From positions 50,766 to 114,765 of the forward strand of contig CAUTNK010000006.1 in NCBI GenBank assembly GCA_963540065.1: 64,000 nt of DNA, written 5' to 3'. The position numbers and the translations under genes are program-made. The stretch is from an uncultured Bacteroidia bacterium (GTDB taxonomy: Bacteria > Bacteroidota > Bacteroidia > Bacteroidales > CAJPTX01). Every line of letters starts with the position of its first letter. Position 1 is the first letter of the stretch. Of this stretch, positions 29,225 to 38,080 are shown one piece after another. Under the pieces are notes generated by a model that did no database searches, was not told where the DNA came from, and saw nothing but the letters and a program-made list of their open reading frames with translations.

Positions 29225-30523
29225 ATGCAGCCTATTTATGAAGCTCTAGCGCAAAAACAAGCAAAATTAGCAGTGATCGGTCTCGGTTACGTCGGGTTGC
29301 CGTTAGCTCTAGCTTTTGCTCGTCATTTTTCGGTTATGGGGTTCGACGTCAATGAATCAAGACTTGAGCAAATGCGACACTCCGAAGACCCGAGCAATGA
29401 GCTCCACGCCGAGGATTTCCGGGGTTGCGATATCCAATTTACGAGTTCGTTGGAACAACTTCGCACGGCACGTTTTTTTGTTGTTGCTGTCCCTACACCC
29501 ATCGATAGCTTTAATAATCCCGATCTGAAGGCGTTGTTAGCAGCGACACGTACAGTGGCAGAGGTTCTGAAAAAAGGCGATTACGTGTGCTACGAGTCAA
29601 CTGTTTATCCGGGCTGTACGGAAGAGGATTGTATTCCGCATCTCGCGACGGTTTCGGGTTTGCAGCCTACCGAGGATTTTAAGTATGGTTATAGTCCGGA
29701 GCGGATTAATCCGGGCGATCGCGAGCATACCCTGCACAACACGCAAAAGATAGTAGCTGCTTGCGACAAGGAAGCGCTTTCGGAGATTGCGAAAGTTTAT
29801 GAGACGGTGATTGAAGCAGGAGTCTATCGCGCCTCGTCTATAAAAGTGGCAGAGGCTGGGAAGATTATTGAAAATACGCAGCGTGATGTCAATATTGCCC
29901 TGATGAACGAACTTTCGATAATTTTCGGTCGCCTAGGCATCAACACGTACGACGTCCTAGAGGCTGCTGCTACGAAGTGGAATTTTCTACCCTTCTCGCC
30001 TGGGTTGGTGGGTGGGCATTGCATTGGTGTCGACCCATACTATCTGGTACATAAGGCGAAAGAGCTTAAGTATCATCCGCAAATTATTACTGCTGGCCGT
30101 TTTATTAATGATTCGATGGGGGGCTACATTGCCAAAAAGGTGGTGAAGCGACTCATCCGGAAAGGGAAAGCCATACTCGGGGCGCGTGCTTTGGTGCTAG
30201 GTATCACGTTCAAGGAAAATGTGGCAGATATCCGGAATTCGAAGGTAGTGGATATTATCAACGAGCTTAAGGATTTTGGGATTTCGGTAGAGGTGGTCGA
30301 TCCAAGAGCCAATACCGAGGAAGTGCAACACGAGTACGGTCTCACGCTACAAAAAGCCCCGACGCCTAGGTACGATATGATTATCCTTGCTGTTGCGCAC
30401 GACGAATACCGTAACTGGACAGAAGACTATATCCGAAGCCTAGGGAATGCAGATCTTCTCTTTGTCGATGTAAAGGGCGTGTATCGCGGAAAAATTACTA
30501 GTTTGGACTATTGGAGTCTATAG
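29225..30523 (+). CDS. Nucleotide-sugar 6-dehydrogenase (UDP-GlcNAc/GalNAc dehydrogenase type, WbpA/WbpO/TviB-like)
   Basis: 432 aa. Rossmann motif (AVIGLGYVGLPLA), catalytic Cys context (GGHCIGVDPYY) and the C-terminal UDP-binding domain. Confidence 0.9.
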   Translation: MQPIYEALAQKQAKLAVIGLGYVGLPLALAFARHFSVMGFDVNESRLEQMRHSEDPSNELHAEDFRGCDIQFTSSLEQLRTARFFVVAVPTPIDSFNNPDLKALLAATRTVAEVLKKGDYVCYESTVYPGCTEEDCIPHLATVSGLQPTEDFKYGYSPERINPGDREHTLHNTQKIVAACDKEALSEIAKVYETVIEAGVYRASSIKVAEAGKIIENTQRDVNIALMNELSIIFGRLGINTYDVLEAAATKWNFLPFSPGLVGGHCIGVDPYYLVHKAKELKYHPQIITAGRFINDSMGGYIAKKVVKRLIRKGKAILGARALVLGITFKENVADIRNSKVVDIINELKDFGISVEVVDPRANTEEVQHEYGLTLQKAPTPRYDMIILAVAHDEYRNWTEDYIRSLGNADLLFVDVKGVYRGKITSLDYWSL

Positions 30524-30645
30524 GCTATAAAAACGCGCGTACGAGCCTCCAAAACCCCTAAAACATGAAAAGAAACATCGCGGCGCATGTAGTTGGATAC
30601 CTTCCCAGTGTTTCAATAGTGCTGTTGGCGGAGTGTGGGAGCTAA

Positions 30646-31893
30646 ATGTTTGGGGAAAGGTATCGTTTTGTGCGTTCGTTGCTCACGCTAGGTGTGGGTA
30701 CCTCTTTTGCGCAACTTATTCCGATACTTTTCTATCCCGTCCTTTCGCGACTGTATACCCCATCCGAGTTCGGCGACCTCGCTCTTGTAGTGGCTCTTTA
30801 CGGCGCTTTAGCCTATTTGTTAGATTTACAGTACGAGCGCGGAATTCTGATCCAAGAGACGCAGCGCAATCTGTTCAATTATGTTATTCTGTGCGTGTGG
30901 CTTGCGCTCGTTATGGCTGTTCTGCTATTTCCTATCCTTACGCTGTTGTGGTACGTGGGCGTTTTCCCGTCCAGTATATCTTTCCTGTGGATAGTTTTTA
31001 TTGTCGTAAACGGGTTGTTGTATACACTTTATAATATTCACATTGAGTGGTGTGTCCGCGAGCGTTTTTTTCGATCGGTTTCTGTGCAGCGTTTTTCGAA
31101 TGCGACTACTACCTCGTTGTTCAAACTAGGTTTTGCCTATTGTCCTAGCCTGAAGAGTGGCGGGCTGATTTACGGAGATCTCCTTTCGCGCCTTTTTGTA
31201 GCATTGATGGCAATAGGGCATTTTGTGCATAAACAACACAAGTACTGGTCTTTGTTTTCGCGAAAACGGACGTTTGCGCTTCTGTATCGGTATCGGGAGT
31301 ATCCGAAATATTGGGTTTTGGGAACATTCTTGTACGACCTAGCGCCCGTCGTGTTCCTTATTCTTTTTATGCGCCGTTTCGGAAATGCCGATGCGGGGCA
31401 TTATTCCATGGCACTACTTTTGCTTAGTGTACCGATTACGCTGCTGGGCAAGGCGCTTTCCGATGCTTTTCGCTCGCAGGCGCAAGAGCTCTATAGGGCA
31501 AGTGGTTCTTGTGCTGATTTTTATAGGCGTACGATGCGTTTTTTTTTGCCCCTTACTGTCCTGATGAGTCTTGCGGGGTATTTTCTTTTACCGTTAGTGA
31601 TTCCGTATATTCTAGGTTCGCAGTGGCTATTGGCTTCCAAGCTTAGTGCAATATTGGCTTTAGGTCTTTTGTTACAGATTGCGAGTATGATTGCAGCAAC
31701 ACTTTGGGTTATTACGCATAGGCATCGGGAACAACTGTTTTTTCAACTGTTTTACTTCCTATTTTATGTAGTGCCGCCCTGTTGTGTGATGTTTTTTGGA
31801 TGCGATACTACGGTTACTATTTGGACTCTCGCCCTGAGTCTGCTCTCATACCATATAGTGCTGATTCTGCGGGGATATATCTTAGCCAAGTAG
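30646..31893 (+). CDS. Polysaccharide flippase (Wzx / PST family)
   Basis: 415 aa, polytopic membrane protein. The N-terminal pattern is GVGTSFAQLIPILFYPVLSRLYTPSEFGDLAL. It contains a T9 run at 31539-31547. Confidence 0.8.
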   Translation: MFGERYRFVRSLLTLGVGTSFAQLIPILFYPVLSRLYTPSEFGDLALVVALYGALAYLLDLQYERGILIQETQRNLFNYVILCVWLALVMAVLLFPILTLLWYVGVFPSSISFLWIVFIVVNGLLYTLYNIHIEWCVRERFFRSVSVQRFSNATTTSLFKLGFAYCPSLKSGGLIYGDLLSRLFVALMAIGHFVHKQHKYWSLFSRKRTFALLYRYREYPKYWVLGTFLYDLAPVVFLILFMRRFGNADAGHYSMALLLLSVPITLLGKALSDAFRSQAQELYRASGSCADFYRRTMRFFLPLTVLMSLAGYFLLPLVIPYILGSQWLLASKLSAILALGLLLQIASMIAATLWVITHRHREQLFFQLFYFLFYVVPPCCVMFFGCDTTVTIWTLALSLLSYHIVLILRGYILAK

Positions 31894-31907
31894 CTTAGCG
31901 TACGCGA

Positions 31908-32732
31908 ATGTCTGGAATAGAGAATTTCGAAGTCTACGGGCGACACTTTTTAGTATACTTCGGCGATCTGTCGCAGATGCAATTCCGTACCCCCGACGAA
32001 CTCCGGGGTTGGTGCAATTGCAAAAAGGTGTTGGGCGTGGCGAACCCCTACGATTTTGATTGTGATAGCAAAACCTCATATTGGTATGTTCTTCAGGATC
32101 GTTTTCGCGAGATAGCGGAGTACGAAAGCACTAACACACGCAGAAAGATTCGCGGCGCTCTTGCTAGGTATCGTTTCGAGCTAGTTAGCAACGATGTCAT
32201 GCTACAGTTGGGTTACTCTATCTACTGCCAAGCATTTCAGCGTTACGCATTGCGTCCGCCGCTTACGGAAGCTAAATTCCGCCAACAGCTCAGAGAGCAA
32301 ATGGTCTATGGTGAGAATTATTGGATGGCCTTTGATAACGATTCGGGGCGCCCAGCTGCTTATATTTCGGTTCTGGTACGTGGTAGAAGTGTTTTTATGA
32401 ATTTTGAACGGCTGAGTTCTGATTTTACGCAACACTCGCCTATCTACGGTTTTATCTACACGCTTACCGAATACTACCTTCGCGATCGCGGCTATTTGTG
32501 GTTAGTGTCTGGTGCGCGTACGGTTCGTGAGCATTCGAAGGTACAGGAGCAAAAAATTACTCGCTTGCAATTCCGAAAAGCCTACTGCCGCTTACAACTA
32601 GAACTTGTTCCGTGGTTGCGAATAGCTACTCGCCTGCTTTACCCGTTTCGTAAGTTGTTGCGTTGGCAAAAGACCTTAACAGCATTTTTGAAACTCTACG
32701 AATATGCCGAAAAATCGCAAAGGGGAGGGTAG
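31908..32732 (+). CDS. FemAB-like / GNAT-fold (Acetyltransf_6-like) aminoacyl- or acyltransferase candidate
   Basis: 274 aa. The pattern NTRRKIRGALARYRFELV ... AAYISVLVRGRSVFMNFERLSSDF ... IYGFIYTLTEYYLRDRGYLWLVSG resembles FemABX-type GNAT domains. This is a motif-level assignment only. Confidence 0.45.
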   Translation: MSGIENFEVYGRHFLVYFGDLSQMQFRTPDELRGWCNCKKVLGVANPYDFDCDSKTSYWYVLQDRFREIAEYESTNTRRKIRGALARYRFELVSNDVMLQLGYSIYCQAFQRYALRPPLTEAKFRQQLREQMVYGENYWMAFDNDSGRPAAYISVLVRGRSVFMNFERLSSDFTQHSPIYGFIYTLTEYYLRDRGYLWLVSGARTVREHSKVQEQKITRLQFRKAYCRLQLELVPWLRIATRLLYPFRKLLRWQKTLTAFLKLYEYAEKSQRGG

Positions 32733-32841
32733 TGAGCTAGGTAATAAGCACCAATTTTTTGCTGCTTAACACCGGATCCCGATATTTTGTTTTTCGTGTT
32801 TCGAGTTTTTTTGATGTGCAGCGATCTCTTTACGATTTTAC

Positions 32842-32849
32842 TATATTTG
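32842..32849 (+). promoter_or_regulatory. Candidate -7 box TATATTTG
   Basis: Perfect TAnnTTTG 20-38 nt upstream of the candidate starts at 32869 (GTG) and 32887 (ATG). Confidence 0.45.
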
Positions 32850-32868
32850 TGCTACAGAAACAACTAGG

Positions 32869-33543
32869 GTGGTGAGTGACGGTGTAATGCACAGTCGGTT
32901 GGAACAGGATTTGAGTCGTGGCGAGGAGCCTATAGAGGTACTCGGCGAGCTACGATATTGTGGTATAATAGACCATCAGACCTTTGTGAATTTCGTGCAA
33001 ATGAGTCTGACAGACAACGAAAATTTACAACAACTCTTGGATTGCTATCAGGTCTATTCGCGTTCCTTTCATATTACGGTGGAGCTCATGCAGAACGTCA
33101 ATAGGCATGGTGCACGCTTGGGTACAGAAAAAATCATCAACGAACAACGCTCTTCCATAGATTCGCTAAATATGAATCCGTATCCGTGCTGGATATCTTA
33201 CGCGCTTTTGGTTACAGAGGCGGAGGTGATCATACGCTGTTCCAACTTTGTTGTAGAGGGCATGCGTGCGAAACTGGAAAAGAAACTCGGTAATAGCGAT
33301 CGGCTAACCCCCGAAGAAAGCCGAATCATCTACATGACACAACTCTCAACAGGAACCTTAAGCGAACGGGGGGGCGCTGGTCTTGGACTTATAGACGTCG
33401 CGCGAAAGAGCTCCGAATTCCGTTGGTGGTTTACACCGTATAATGACGAGAAGACGCTTTTTACGGTAGAATCGCGTCTTAATCGCGCCGATCTGAAAAG
33501 AAAGCAAGAAGAGTTCCGCGCTCGGATTGCTACAAAGAGATAG
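32869..33543 (+). CDS. SiaB-family (GHKL/RsbW-like) protein kinase
   Basis: 224 aa. It carries ITVELMQNVNRHG (N-box-like), ERGGAGLGLIDVARKS (G-box) and a C-terminal EKTLFTVESRL. The start may instead be the ATG at 32887. Confidence 0.75.
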   Translation: MVSDGVMHSRLEQDLSRGEEPIEVLGELRYCGIIDHQTFVNFVQMSLTDNENLQQLLDCYQVYSRSFHITVELMQNVNRHGARLGTEKIINEQRSSIDSLNMNPYPCWISYALLVTEAEVIIRCSNFVVEGMRAKLEKKLGNSDRLTPEESRIIYMTQLSTGTLSERGGAGLGLIDVARKSSEFRWWFTPYNDEKTLFTVESRLNRADLKRKQEEFRARIATKR

Positions 33544-33600
33544 TGAATTAAATTTTTTGCTCGTATCTTTAACCATTGATAACCCTAAAGGATTGTAGAC

Positions 33601-34593
33601 ATGAAAGTCAGTTTTCTCGTCCTGTTGATATTGAGCCCTATCGTGCTGCTTGCGCAATTGGATCGCGAGGCTATCGAACGCCAGCGCATTGTAGCCAACC
33701 ATATAGCACAAGCTACACAGTATACGCATAAGTATACAAAGGATAAACCGGCACCGCAGGGCTATGTTACTTGTGTGACCAAGTACGACCGGAATGGCAA
33801 CCCTACTTCGGTTATTAACTATCGTGCTAATGGCGAGGTCTCGTCCAAGCTTACTTATGTCTATAATACCCTAGGGCAGCGCATCGAGTACAAGAAAGAG
33901 GAACCTGCGGGGAAAGAAGCGAAGAATGGTAAAGCGCAGGACTCGATGAAGCTATCTTACAAGCAAGTACTTACCTACGATGCCAGAGGTTATAAGAAAA
34001 CGGAGACTGGATGGGATGGGACATCGAACTACCGCATCGTCTACAATTACCTCCCCAATGGTCGCTTAGCAGATATCACACGCTTTAATGCCGACAATTC
34101 GGTTGCCGAACGCTGGATCTATTCCTACAACGGGTCGAAGCAGCAAATTCGTGTCACACCCAAGACGGGCGCAGCATATACTGTAGAAAAGGAGTTTGAT
34201 GCCAAGAACAACCTGATAAAGGATACCCAAACCTCGGCTGATGGTAAGGAAATGCGCAAGATTGTCTATACCTACGATGCGCAAAACAGAATTGAGTCGG
34301 AAACAGAAAGTTATGCTGGAGCTTTCCGCCATACCCTGAAGTATATTTTTAATTCGAAAGGGCAGTTGGTGCGGATCATGAAAAAGGAAAGTGCGAGTAG
34401 TAAGGATCGCATCAATAACGACTATGCCTATGACGACGAAGGCAACCTAGTTACCGAGCAGTGGAACGACGGAGACGCATATTCTAAAAAGGATTCGGAG
34501 TTTGACCAGTCCGGCAACATGGTGAAGGTTGATTCCTATTACGCACCCTACAAGTACCGGGTGATGTACTCCTACCAGTACAAAAAATATTAG
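33601..34593 (+). CDS. Secreted protein built from YD/RHS-like short repeats
   Basis: 330 aa with a signal peptide. Recurrent Y-x-Y-D/N-x-x-G-x units are present: YVYNTLGQRIEY, TYDARGYKK, YNYLPNGRLADI, YTYDAQNRIESE, YAYDDEGNLVTE. Confidence 0.55.
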   Translation: MKVSFLVLLILSPIVLLAQLDREAIERQRIVANHIAQATQYTHKYTKDKPAPQGYVTCVTKYDRNGNPTSVINYRANGEVSSKLTYVYNTLGQRIEYKKEEPAGKEAKNGKAQDSMKLSYKQVLTYDARGYKKTETGWDGTSNYRIVYNYLPNGRLADITRFNADNSVAERWIYSYNGSKQQIRVTPKTGAAYTVEKEFDAKNNLIKDTQTSADGKEMRKIVYTYDAQNRIESETESYAGAFRHTLKYIFNSKGQLVRIMKKESASSKDRINNDYAYDDEGNLVTEQWNDGDAYSKKDSEFDQSGNMVKVDSYYAPYKYRVMYSYQYKKY

Positions 34594-34621
34594 TTCAATA
34601 ATTTGGGTTAAGTAGAATAGG

Positions 34622-34662
34622 GGTGGTAGGCGCCATTTGTGTGGTACTACCGCCTTTTTTTT
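34622..34662 (+). terminator. Rho-independent terminator
   Basis: Stem GGTGGTAG / CTACCGCC followed by a T8 tract. Confidence 0.7.
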
Positions 34663-34746
34663 GGATATTAGATAGCCGGAAGAACAATTTCGTTTTTGGA
34701 TTTGTACAGGCCTTAGGGGTTTGCAAGAATAAAAGTATTTAGAACG

Positions 34747-35442
34747 ATGAGGTTATTACTGATTAGCAATTCGACCAATGCTGGCGAAGCTTACTTGGCA
34801 TATGCTATGCCCGAGATTGGTAACTTCCTGAAGGGTGTCCAACGTGTGGTTTTTATTCCGTATGCCGGCGTACGTTTTTCCTACGATGCTTATACAGAGA
34901 AGGTTGCTAAATGTTTCGACTCGGTGGGTATAGCTTTAGAGTCTGTGCATAAGGTTGCATCACCTAAAAAGGCGATTGCCGAGGCAGAAGCGCTGGTTAT
35001 TGGTGGTGGTAATACTTGGCGTTTGTTGCAGCAAATGCAGGATAATGATTTGCTTGGTGTTATTCGTGAACGCGTAAACAATGGGATGCCCTACGTGGGT
35101 TGGAGTGCCGGTTCTAATGTAAGCTGCCCTACACTGAGCACTACGAACGATATGCCCATTATTGCGCCGAAAAGTTTCGAGGCTCTGAAGTTGATTCCGT
35201 ACCAGATCAATCCGCATTACTTGGATGCGAACCCAGAAGGGCATGCTGGTGAGACGCGCGAAGAGCGCATTATCGAGTACATCGAGCTCAATCAGAATAC
35301 AACCGTTGTTGGCTTACGTGAGGGTACGATGCTGCGTATCGAAGGCGACCAAACTACGCTTATAGGCAAGAAATCGGCACGTATATTCCACTACGGAAAG
35401 GAGACCTACGAGATTCAGCCGGGGAATTTTGTATTAGACTAG
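34747..35442 (+). CDS. pepE: Dipeptidase E (peptidase S51)
   Basis: 231 aa. Motifs ISNS, GGGNTWRLL and the catalytic-Ser motif GWSAGSNV. Confidence 0.9.
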   Translation: MRLLLISNSTNAGEAYLAYAMPEIGNFLKGVQRVVFIPYAGVRFSYDAYTEKVAKCFDSVGIALESVHKVASPKKAIAEAEALVIGGGNTWRLLQQMQDNDLLGVIRERVNNGMPYVGWSAGSNVSCPTLSTTNDMPIIAPKSFEALKLIPYQINPHYLDANPEGHAGETREERIIEYIELNQNTTVVGLREGTMLRIEGDQTTLIGKKSARIFHYGKETYEIQPGNFVLD

Positions 35443-35506
35443 TATTCTGGGTAGAGACGGTTTGTTTTTAGGACGACTCGTATCGTTAGCAGCGATTGTA
35501 GGTTAT

Positions 35507-35514
35507 TATTTTTG
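35507..35514 (+). promoter_or_regulatory. Candidate -7 box TATTTTTG
   Basis: Perfect TAnnTTTG 26 nt upstream of the ATG at 35540. Confidence 0.45.
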
Positions 35515-35539
35515 CTGGTGGTAGTCCCTGTGAAAAGAG

Positions 35540-37291
35540 ATGCCCTTCGCATTCAAAGTGAGTTTTGGGAATCGACAGCGTGCCATAGCTGTGAGTTTTT
35601 TCGTAGGTGTTCTTTGTGGATTGGCGGCTGTCCTCCTCAAGCATACTGTGCATTGGACACACGAGTTCGTGCTCTCGCTAACCGATAATCCGTACGGAAA
35701 TATTCTTTACCTCATCTTACCGGGCGTAGGGATTCTGCTCACCTATTGGACAGTTCGCTTCTTGGTACGCGACAATATAAGCCATGGGGTTACGCGGATC
35801 TTGTATGCTATCTCGCGGCATCGTGGTCGTATCCGTTTACACAACACGTGGAGTTCGATACTTACGAGTAGCCTTACGATAGGTTTTGGCGGATCGGTAG
35901 GAGCCGAGTCGCCTGTAGTGTTGACGGGAGCGGCGATTGGTTCGAATGTTGCGCGCTTTTTTAAGATGGATAGCAAAACCATGAACCTAATGGTGGGTTG
36001 TGGTGCCGCCGCGGGAGTTGCTGCTATCTTCAAAGCACCACTTGCCGGTATGGTTTTTACCCTCGAGGTCTTGATGTTGGATCTTACCTTGAGTTCGATA
36101 GTTCCGCTTTTGGTGAGTGCAGTATCGGCCACGTTGGTATCCTCTTTTTTGTTGGGCGATGCCACGCTATTTCATTTTGTTTATAACGTTCCTTTTGATC
36201 TTACCAAAACTCCGTATTACTTAATATTGGGTGTCTTTACAGGGCTCCTTTCTGTATATTTTACGCGAATTGCTATGCGTATGGAGAGTTGGCTCGGGAA
36301 GATGAAGAACTACCCCTACCGTCGTATGGCGCTTAGTGCACTAGCTCTTGGGATTCTAATTTTCTTCTTTCCGCCCTTATACGGAGAAGGGTATGAGTCG
36401 GTACAAGCCCTTTTTGAGGAAAAAGCCGTACAACTCCTTCACAGTTCGCCTTGGGAATCGCTTAGTAATAGCTCGTGGGGCGTAGTGCTTTTTCTTTTGG
36501 GACTCTTGCTCCTAAAAGTATTTGCCATGGCGGTAACTACCGGTGGTGGCGGCGTAGGCGGTTCCTTTGCACCGACCCTTTTTGTGGGGGGCGTGGCAGG
36601 TTTTTTCCTGTGCACGTTGCTTAATCAGCTTTTTAATGCGCATTTGGGTGAAGCCAATTTTGTACTGGTGGGGATGTCTGGCGCGATGGCAGGCGTTATG
36701 CATGCGCCGTTGCTGGGTATTTTCCTTATCGCCGAACTTACAGGGGGCTATGTGCTTCTGTTGCCGTTGATGATTACCGCCACGATTGCGTATATCATAA
36801 GTTCGTATTTTGATGAGCACTCTATATATACGCAGCGTTTGGCAGCTCAGGGCGACCTGATTACGCATCACAAGGATAAGGCCGTGCTTACAATGCTTGC
36901 TCTGCGTAATGTGATAGAAACGGATCTGATTCCGATACATCCCGACGACACGCTCGGCGAACTAGTGAAAACAGTGGCGCGTTCGCATCGAAATATCTTT
37001 CCGGTTACCGATGCCGGAGGGAAGCTCCTTGGGATCCTACTCCTCGATGATATTCGTTCGGTGATGTTCGATGCCGATAAGTACGAAGAGTATGCTGTGC
37101 ACGATTTTATGACACATCCTCCCGCTACTGTCGAGCTCGAAGAAAATATGAGCGATGTGATGGATAAGTTCGAAAACTCTGGGGCGTGGAATTTACCAGT
37201 TATTCACGACGGGATTTATGTCGGTTTCGTATCCAAGGCAAAGATATTCTCAGCTTACCGCGAGTTGCTCGTACAGTTCTCGAACGAATAA
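35540..37291 (+). CDS. ClC-family chloride channel/antiporter with a C-terminal CBS pair
   Basis: 583 aa. Motifs GGSVGAESP, FKAPLAGMVFTLE and GVMHAPLLG, with two CBS domains at the C-terminus. Confidence 0.9.
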   Translation: MPFAFKVSFGNRQRAIAVSFFVGVLCGLAAVLLKHTVHWTHEFVLSLTDNPYGNILYLILPGVGILLTYWTVRFLVRDNISHGVTRILYAISRHRGRIRLHNTWSSILTSSLTIGFGGSVGAESPVVLTGAAIGSNVARFFKMDSKTMNLMVGCGAAAGVAAIFKAPLAGMVFTLEVLMLDLTLSSIVPLLVSAVSATLVSSFLLGDATLFHFVYNVPFDLTKTPYYLILGVFTGLLSVYFTRIAMRMESWLGKMKNYPYRRMALSALALGILIFFFPPLYGEGYESVQALFEEKAVQLLHSSPWESLSNSSWGVVLFLLGLLLLKVFAMAVTTGGGGVGGSFAPTLFVGGVAGFFLCTLLNQLFNAHLGEANFVLVGMSGAMAGVMHAPLLGIFLIAELTGGYVLLLPLMITATIAYIISSYFDEHSIYTQRLAAQGDLITHHKDKAVLTMLALRNVIETDLIPIHPDDTLGELVKTVARSHRNIFPVTDAGGKLLGILLLDDIRSVMFDADKYEEYAVHDFMTHPPATVELEENMSDVMDKFENSGAWNLPVIHDGIYVGFVSKAKIFSAYRELLVQFSNE

Positions 37292-37351
37292 GGAGAACTT
37301 TTGGCGAGATCCGTTAAAAGGTGTACCTTTGCTTCGTGAGTCTATTGGAAT

Positions 37352-37438
37352 GGAGAGATGCCAGAGTGGTCGAATGGGGCGGTCTCGAAAACCGTTGTAC
37401 TCTTTGGAGTACCAAGGGTTCGAATCCCTTTCTCTCCG
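37352..37438 (+). tRNA. tRNA-Ser (anticodon CGA)
   Basis: Hand-folded cloverleaf. Acceptor GGAGAGA/TCTCTCC, anticodon loop CTCGAAA, long variable arm GTACTC-TTTG-GAGTAC, T-loop GTTCGAATC. No CCA is encoded. Confidence 0.9.
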
Positions 37439-37448
37439 CTGCAAAAAG

Positions 37449-37490
37449 AACAGGGTGTAGATCAACGAGATTTACACCCTGTTTTGTGTT
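37449..37490 (+). terminator. Rho-independent terminator after tRNA-Ser
   Basis: 15-bp stem AACAGGGTGTAGATC / GATTTACACCCTGTT (one G.U pair), 5-nt loop, then TTGTGTTT. Confidence 0.75.
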
Positions 37491-37686
37491 TAAAAACTTG
37501 AGGATAATAAGGTAACAAGACTATTGCTACTGTTGGGTAAACCCTTTATGGAAATATTGCACAATTACTATCAATATAGATTTCTATAGGGGTGTAACGT
37601 GATTCTTCTGAATAAATGTGTTGATAAGCAGGGATTTGAATTGTTTACGCAGCAGGTTATTTCTCTAAATATTCTCGAATAATCAA

Positions 37687-38043
37687 TTATGCAATAGTCT
37701 CAATAAGTTGTTTTTCAAGGTAAGGGTTTACTTCTGACCAAATTTCATTGAACTCTTTGCAGTTGATCGTATCTTCTGGTCTAATGCCATGAACCGCAAT
37801 ATTTATGACGTCATACCGATTGTTAGGGGGTTTTACGCGCCATGTCTTTTTCTCGAAAAGAATACCATTTTTGACAACAGCAATCCCGATCTCACAGACA
37901 GAATTTTTTGAAGAAGTTGCTGTCTCAAAATCAAGCGCTACAAAGTTGAGATCACACAGTACGTTTCGCTGTAGATTGAAGGTGCGGTAATCATCCTCTT
38001 CGCCTATCGCTTCTTGCGGTAATAAACTCTCGTTCTTTTTCAT
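37687..38043 (-). pseudogene. Truncated DnaQ-like 3'-5' exonuclease (N-terminal ExoI segment only)
   Basis: 118 aa with the ExoI motif FVALDFETA. The ORF stops where the ExoII (HNAxFD) motif should begin. The downstream frames are broken. Confidence 0.55.
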
Positions 38044-38080
38044 GGGCTTTTCTTAATTCTGAAAATAGTAACCAATCCCC

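Noticed and set aside
30565-30645. 26-codon ORF (MKRNIAAHVVGYLPSVSIVLLAECGS) whose stop abuts the wzx ATG. It might be a frameshifted flippase N-terminus.
   Set aside because: The 30646 ORF already contains the canonical first TM segment and the P-x-x-F-G motif of PST-family flippases, so no N-terminal extension is needed. The small ORF may be spurious or a leader peptide, and this cannot be decided from sequence alone.
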